Position numbers and translations under genes: made by a program. This document shows, in pieces, positions 59,299 to 64,000 of a stretch of DNA of 64,000 bases. The notes under the pieces are model-generated. The model was not told where the DNA came from and did no database searches. It saw only the letters and a program-made list of their open reading frames with translations. The stretch comes from Limnothrix sp. BL-A-16. GTDB lineage: Bacteria; Cyanobacteriota; Cyanobacteriia; CACIAM-69d. The DNA lies in NCBI GenBank assembly GCA_041937175.2, contig CP166615.1, forward strand, positions 64,001 to 128,000, read 5' to 3'. Within the stretch, counting starts at the first letter, position 1; every line of letters begins with the position of its first letter.

Positions 59299-59383
59299 GG
59301 GTCGATGCCCGAGTGGTTAATGGGGACGGACTGTAAATCCGTTGGCTATGCCTACGCTGGTTCAAATCCAGCTCGGCCCACCA
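59299..59383 (+). tRNA. tRNA-Tyr(GTA), CCA encoded
   Basis: GGGTCGATGCCCGAGTGG..ACGGA-CTGTAAA-TCCGT, long variable arm, GGTTCAAATCC. Confidence 0.97.
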
Positions 59384-59387
59384 CCCC

Positions 59388-59459
59388 GCCTCTGTAGCTC
59401 AGTGGTAGAGCGCACCCTTGGTAAGGGTGAGGTCACGAGTTCAATCCTCGTCAGAGGCT
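59388..59459 (+). tRNA. tRNA-Thr(GGT)
   Basis: GCCTCTGTAGCTCAG..CACCC-TTGGTAA-GGGTG..CAGAGGCT. Confidence 0.97.
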
Positions 59460-59540
59460 CTTTTGACAAGCTCGTTAGGGTCTTTGAGCCTCTATTGTCA
59501 ACCCTAATTCAATCTCTATAGCGAATTGAGCGCACCAGTT

Positions 59541-60749
59541 ATGGCCGCGTCTAACTTCGATTGGCTCCATCGCGGAACCGCCGATATTTTTCCCAACCAG
59601 CCTGACTCAACGGATCCGGCCCAGAACCTAGAGCGGTTGTTGGCCACGACCGATCGCCCCTTGCGTGTCAAGCTCGGCATTGACCCCACCGGCAGCGATA
59701 TTCACCTGGGCCACAGCATTCCCGTTCGGAAATTGCGAGCCTTCCAGGATGCGGGCCACACCGCCGTCCTGATTATCGGCGATTTCACCGCTCGCATTGG
59801 CGACCCCACCGGTAAATCGGAAGTGCGCAAGCAACTGACCGAAGCGCAAGTGCAAGCCAACGCGGAAACCTATTTGGATCAGGTGCGATCGATCCTGGAT
59901 TTTGAAACGCCTGGCCGCCTGGAGGTGCGCTACAACTCCGAGTGGTTAGCCAAGCTGGACTTGGGCAAAATCCTGGAACTCCTCAGCACCATGACCGTTG
60001 GCCAAATGTTGGCCAAGGAAGGATTTGCAGAGCGCTATCAGCAGGAAAGTCCCATCTTTTTGCATGAATTTCTCTATCCGTTGATGCAGGGCTACGACTC
60101 CGTGGCCGTGCGGGCGGATGTGGAACTGGGTGGCACAGATCAAAAATTCAACCTAGCCGTAGGGCGAGATTTGCAGCGCCACTTTGGTCAAAAACCGCAG
60201 TTTGGATTGCTCACGCCCATCTTGATTGGGACTGATGGGGTGCAGAAAATGTCCAAATCCCTGGGTAACTATGTGGCCCTGCGAGAAGACCCGCTTACCA
60301 TGTATTCCAAGCTGGAAAAGGTGGCCGATGCGCAACTGGAAACCTACTTTGAACTGATGACGGATTTACCGTTGGATCAGTTACCCGAAAATCCCCGCGA
60401 TCGCCAGAAATTGTTGGCCCTGGAAATTACCCAACAAATCCATGGCGAGGCGATCGCCCTGCAAGCCCAAAAGGATGCCATGAATTTGGTGTCGGGCGGT
60501 GGCGGTGCGGAAAATGTGCCGGAGTTTTCCTTGGCTCAGGTGGAATTTCCGGCTCCAATTTTCTATCTGTTGAGTGCCACAAAGTTATGCACTACCAGTA
60601 GCGAAGCCCGTCGCCAAATTCAAGGGGGCGGTGTAAAACTGGATGGCGAAAAGCTAGCGGATGTGAACCAAAAGTTTGAATCGGCGGCGGATTTGTTGGG
60701 CAAAGTGCTGCAAGTGGGAAAAAAGAAATTTGTGCGATTAGTGGCCTAG
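59541..60749 (+). CDS. tyrS: Tyrosine--tRNA ligase
   Basis: [29 protein letters not shown]4-like tail. Confidence 0.97.
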   Translation: MAASNFDWLHRGTADIFPNQPDSTDPAQNLERLLATTDRPLRVKLGIDPTGSDIHLGHSIPVRKLRAFQDAGHTAVLIIGDFTARIGDPTGKSEVRKQLTEAQVQANAETYLDQVRSILDFETPGRLEVRYNSEWLAKLDLGKILELLSTMTVGQMLAKEGFAERYQQESPIFLHEFLYPLMQGYDSVAVRADVELGGTDQKFNLAVGRDLQRHFGQKPQFGLLTPILIGTDGVQKMSKSLGNYVALREDPLTMYSKLEKVADAQLETYFELMTDLPLDQLPENPRDRQKLLALEITQQIHGEAIALQAQKDAMNLVSGGGGAENVPEFSLAQVEFPAPIFYLLSATKLCTTSSEARRQIQGGGVKLDGEKLADVNQKFESAADLLGKVLQVGKKKFVRLVA

Positions 60750-60916
60750 GAACAACCCAAAGCCCAGTAGCGCGACAGGCTTAATACATTGGGTCAAAGT
60801 TGCGGAGCCAGTCGTGGTAACAAGGGGCTTGAGCATCTTGCTGCTTAACGATCGGGTGGCGGTAACAGCCATATCATTTAACCCAGCGAATTAAGGCAGC
60901 CACGCTACTAGCCTGA

Positions 60917-61047
60917 GAGGATGTCTGAAAAGCCAAAATCGATACTCTGCACGCCTCATCGATCGACGAAGACAAGGGGCTTAAGCCCCTTGCCCCCACG
61001 ACTATTGGTGCATTGCCCGTGCCAAAAGACACTTTTCAGACATCCTC
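60917..61047. mobile_element. Family-B MITE with perfect 16-bp TIR and TGA duplication
   Basis: TGA|GAGGATGTCTGAAAAG...CTTTTCAGACATCCTC|TGA; palindrome 60973-60992. Confidence 0.92.
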
Positions 61048-61240
61048 TGAGAGTTGATCGCCCCTGGCAACCGACAAAACTCGGTTGTTATACTGGCTGG
61101 TCGGGCTAGCCTCTCCTGCGTGGTGCGGTGTCTATGGTGGTTGAGTGTTTCCAGCTTTCAACCAAGCTTGGCCATGTTGGGCTAAGCAACATTGGGCTGG
61201 GCAAGGCTTGGCTAGGGTTAATCAACAATTGGTGATTCCC

Positions 61241-61852
61241 ATGTTTAAGAATTTGGCTTCGGATGCCTTGGGCCTCAGTGACATTGGAGTGGTGATTCGT
61301 CCCCAGGATTACGGCAAAGTTGACGCGGACGACTACATCATCAATGAAGAAGGTGAGAAAATCTATTTTTTGATTAAGTCCAAGATGGATGAATATTGCT
61401 TCACCAACTTGGCGCTGATCCATGTGGATGGCACATCGGCTGTCAGCAAGAAACGCACTTTGCGGCGCTTTAACTATGCCCACCATGCCATTTCCCATGT
61501 GACTTTGGAAACAGCGGGAACGCTCGATCGGGATGTGGAAATTAAGTTTTCCATGGGCAGCCAGCATTACTCGATCGATGTGGCCAAAGTCCATATTCAC
61601 GAACTCAAGGACTTGTATAAAGCCCTGCTGAAAATCGCTTTGATTCAGCAGGAAAATACTGCGTTTCATGGCTATGCACAAACCAGCTTGAACACGGCGG
61701 CCACCACCATCAGTCGATCGACCAGCACTTCAACGGCCGAAGAGCAATTCAAGGCCATTAACCAATACGCATTCAATTGGTTAAAGTTGGCCCATGAGTC
61801 CTATGTGCGCAAAGATTTTGGGGAAGTTTTCGAGAAGTTTATTAATAACTAA
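61241..61852 (+). CDS. Bacterial PH domain protein (YvbH-like)
   Basis: MFKNLASDALGLSDIG, DEYCFTN, LETAGTLDRDVEIKF. Confidence 0.88.
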   Translation: MFKNLASDALGLSDIGVVIRPQDYGKVDADDYIINEEGEKIYFLIKSKMDEYCFTNLALIHVDGTSAVSKKRTLRRFNYAHHAISHVTLETAGTLDRDVEIKFSMGSQHYSIDVAKVHIHELKDLYKALLKIALIQQENTAFHGYAQTSLNTAATTISRSTSTSTAEEQFKAINQYAFNWLKLAHESYVRKDFGEVFEKFINN

Positions 61853-61874
61853 CTGCGGGCGGGGTTGGGGCTTA

Positions 61875-62161
61875 GGGGCCGTTGCCAAATCCTCGGAAAA
61901 CCTGATGCTACCGTTACCGAATCGCTAGGCAGCAAGGGTCTTAGGGCGTGTCGTCATTTCCTAGGATCAGGTGAAAACGATTGATTTTCCATGTCCCAGT
62001 TGTTGTAACAAGATGCTCAAGCCCCTTGTCCCTCACGATCTGCCAACGGTGGAATCAGGGTTTCAGGCGATTTGACGACACGCCCTAAGCCCCTTGTTAC
62101 GACGACGGGAACCGGGGAAAGCAACCGGCTCGGCTGGATCCCAGAAAATGATGGCGCTCCC
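61875..62161. mobile_element. Nested family-A MITEs: degenerate outer copy containing an inverted inner copy (61944-62085)
   Basis: Inner perfect 13-bp TIR GGGCGTGTCGTCA, flanked by CAAGGGTCT-TA and TA-AGCCCCTTG; outer arms match the family-A arms in reverse orientation. Confidence 0.88.
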
Positions 62162-63156
62162 TAATCTTCCTCAATGCGGTAACCCAAATCGGCCAGGCGA
62201 GCGGGCGATCGCCGCCACTTGGGTTGCAGTTTCACATACAACTCCAGGTAAACCTTGCCATCAATTAACTTTTGAATTTGTTCGCGGGCTGCTGTGCCGA
62301 TCGCCTTCAGCATGGAACCGCCTTTGCCGATGAGAATTGCTTTTTGGCTGGCCCGTTCAATGTGAATTGTGGCCAAGACGCGGGTAATTTTCGGGGTTTC
62401 CTCCACCCGATCGATTTCCACCGCCACGGAATGGGGAATTTCATCCCGGGCATGGAGCAAAATTTGCTCGCGGATTAGCTCACCCATGATGAATCGTTCG
62501 GGGCGATCGGTCACCAGTTCCGGGGGGTAATAAAACGGGCCCGGCGGCAGTCGATCGATCAGCGCCTGCAATAACTCCTCCGTGCCCTCGCCCTGGAGTG
62601 CCGAAAACCGCACGATCGGCCAACCCCGATCGGTCGCCAAGGCCGCGTAGGACTCTTCCACCGTCGGATCCGTTTGCAGATCAATTTTGTTCAGCCCCAA
62701 AACCACCGGCACGGGCGCTTGGGCCAACCATTCGGCCACGAAGCGATCGCCCCCGCCTGCTTCCACTGACCCATCCACCACAAACAGCAGCAAATCCGCC
62801 GAATGGATGGCCATGCGTGCATTGGCCACCAACACTTTGCCCAATTCGTGGTGAGGTTTATGAATTCCGGGCGTGTCTACAAACACAATTTGCGCGTCAT
62901 CCCGGGTCAGGATGCCCCGCAGTCGGTTGCGAGTGGTTTGGGCGATCGGGGAGACAATGGCCACCTTTTGCCCCACCAAACCATTCATCAGCGTGGACTT
63001 GCCCACATTGGGCCGCCCCACAATTCCCACAAAGCCCGATCGAAAATCGTCGGGAGCCGTCGGAATTCCCAAATTCAGCGCCTCTAGCATTTCATCCAAC
63101 GAGTTGGCCACAGCGGCGCGATCGTCCGTTGGCTGGGAATGCTGTTCAATGCTCAT
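62161..63156 (-). CDS. era: GTPase Era
   Basis: GRPNVGKST, QTTR, DTPG, NKID, KH domain ILIGKGG. Confidence 0.97.
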   Translation of the reverse strand: MSIEQHSQPTDDRAAVANSLDEMLEALNLGIPTAPDDFRSGFVGIVGRPNVGKSTLMNGLVGQKVAIVSPIAQTTRNRLRGILTRDDAQIVFVDTPGIHKPHHELGKVLVANARMAIHSADLLLFVVDGSVEAGGGDRFVAEWLAQAPVPVVLGLNKIDLQTDPTVEESYAALATDRGWPIVRFSALQGEGTEELLQALIDRLPPGPFYYPPELVTDRPERFIMGELIREQILLHARDEIPHSVAVEIDRVEETPKITRVLATIHIERASQKAILIGKGGSMLKAIGTAAREQIQKLIDGKVYLELYVKLQPKWRRSPARLADLGYRIEED

Positions 63157-63283
63157 AGGGTTGGGACTGACGATGTGGGAAATGGTGTTGGAGAAGATGG
63201 CAGGACAAGCCGTTCAAAAGTTTTCAGCCCACGGTGAAATCCATGGTGAAACCGATTGCTGAGCCGATTGTGCAGCCAATCGC

Positions 63284-63331
63284 TAAACAACTTGTTAAAC
63301 AGCTTGTTAAACAAATTGTGAAACCAACTGT
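63284..63331. repeat. Degenerate 12-bp tandem repeat x4 (TAAACAACTTGT)
   Basis: Read directly. Confidence 0.7.
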
Positions 63332-63527
63332 TAAAACGGATCGGCGATCGGGTGGCAGGTAGCGGATTTGGGGCGATCGCTTCGGGATCGAAATGGGGCA
63401 ATATGGCCAAGGTAGCTTCGGCAACCGCTTGACCATGGCCAATCCATGGCCCCGTCAAGATTCTAACCCGCCCTTGCCGTTGGGTCTTCCCACCCTTGCG
63501 TTAGGACAACTATTCGTCAACCCCCGC

Positions 63528-64000
63528 ATGACCGAGCCATCTCTTTTGCCCTCTCCCATCAACCCCGCTGACGATCCGCTTGAGGATCCCCTTGCCAAGG
63601 TGCGGGCCCAGTTCGATCGCGCCCCCTATCCCCGCATTCCGCTCGATCGCTTACCGGCCGAAACCCATACCTACTGGCACGATTTCCGCACCGCCTACTA
63701 TCGTCGCAACCAAAAAATTGCCAACACCGAAGGGCGGTTGATGCTGGATGTGGGCTGTGGCAGTGGATATGGCGTGTTGAGCATGGCTTTGGCTAACCCC
63801 GGCGCGCGCATTGTGGGGGTGGACTTGTCGCCCGCTTCCGTGGACTTGGCCCAAAAGCGCTTGGAGCACCATGGCTTGGGCGATCGCGTGGAATTTCATG
63901 CATTGGCAATGGAAGAGTTGCCGCAATTAGGCATGGAATTTGACTACATTAACTGCGATGAATTGCTATATCTGCAACCGGATCCCGCCGATGGGTTGGC
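63528..64000 (+). CDS. Class I SAM-dependent methyltransferase, runs off the window end
   Basis: Manual translation: QFDRAPYP..MLDVGCGSG..IVGVDLS..FDYINCDELLYL. Confidence 0.9.
   Translation, partial: MTEPSLLPSPINPADDPLEDPLAKVRAQFDRAPYPRIPLDRLPAETHTYWHDFRTAYYRRNQKIANTEGRLMLDVGCGSGYGVLSMALANPGARIVGVDLSPASVDLAQKRLEHHGLGDRVEFHALAMEELPQLGMEFDYINCDELLYLQPDPADGL

Noticed and set aside
1..64000. Very frequent GCGATCGC/CGATCG
   Set aside because: Known cyanobacterial HIP1; useful for taxonomy but not novel.

Overview
Chromosomal window from a filamentous cyanobacterium with moderately high GC. HIP1 (GCGATCGC) is very frequent, and the gene content and style suggest a Limnothrix-like non-heterocystous strain (taxonomy is inferred). 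It is mostly core genes: a group-2 sigma factor, JAMM peptidase-moeB, pmgA, ftrV, map, hisG, cobO, fraCDE, cysTW, ispH, sds, pilMNOQ, curT, thiE-thiS, a frameshifted hetF, rbcLXS, an orphan N-terminal kdpD, tyrS, era, RND efflux components and three tRNAs (Ala-GGC, Tyr-GTA, Thr-GGT). No transposase, CRISPR array or prophage was seen. The most unusual signal is intergenic: the 20-bp palindrome CAAGGGGCTTAAGCCCCTTG occurs about 14 times intact or near-intact, plus split copies. It lies at the centre of two distinct ~130-145 bp MITE families. Family A (TIR GGGCGTGTCGTCA, TA duplication) inserts into the TA at the centre of the palindrome it carries, giving nested 'Russian-doll' elements. Family B (TIR GAGGATGTCTGAAAAG, TNA duplication) has mosaic copies whose arms appear exchanged at the palindrome. 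A single NsiR1-like sRNA with a DIF1 (TCCGGA) -35 motif lies upstream of and opposite to hetF.
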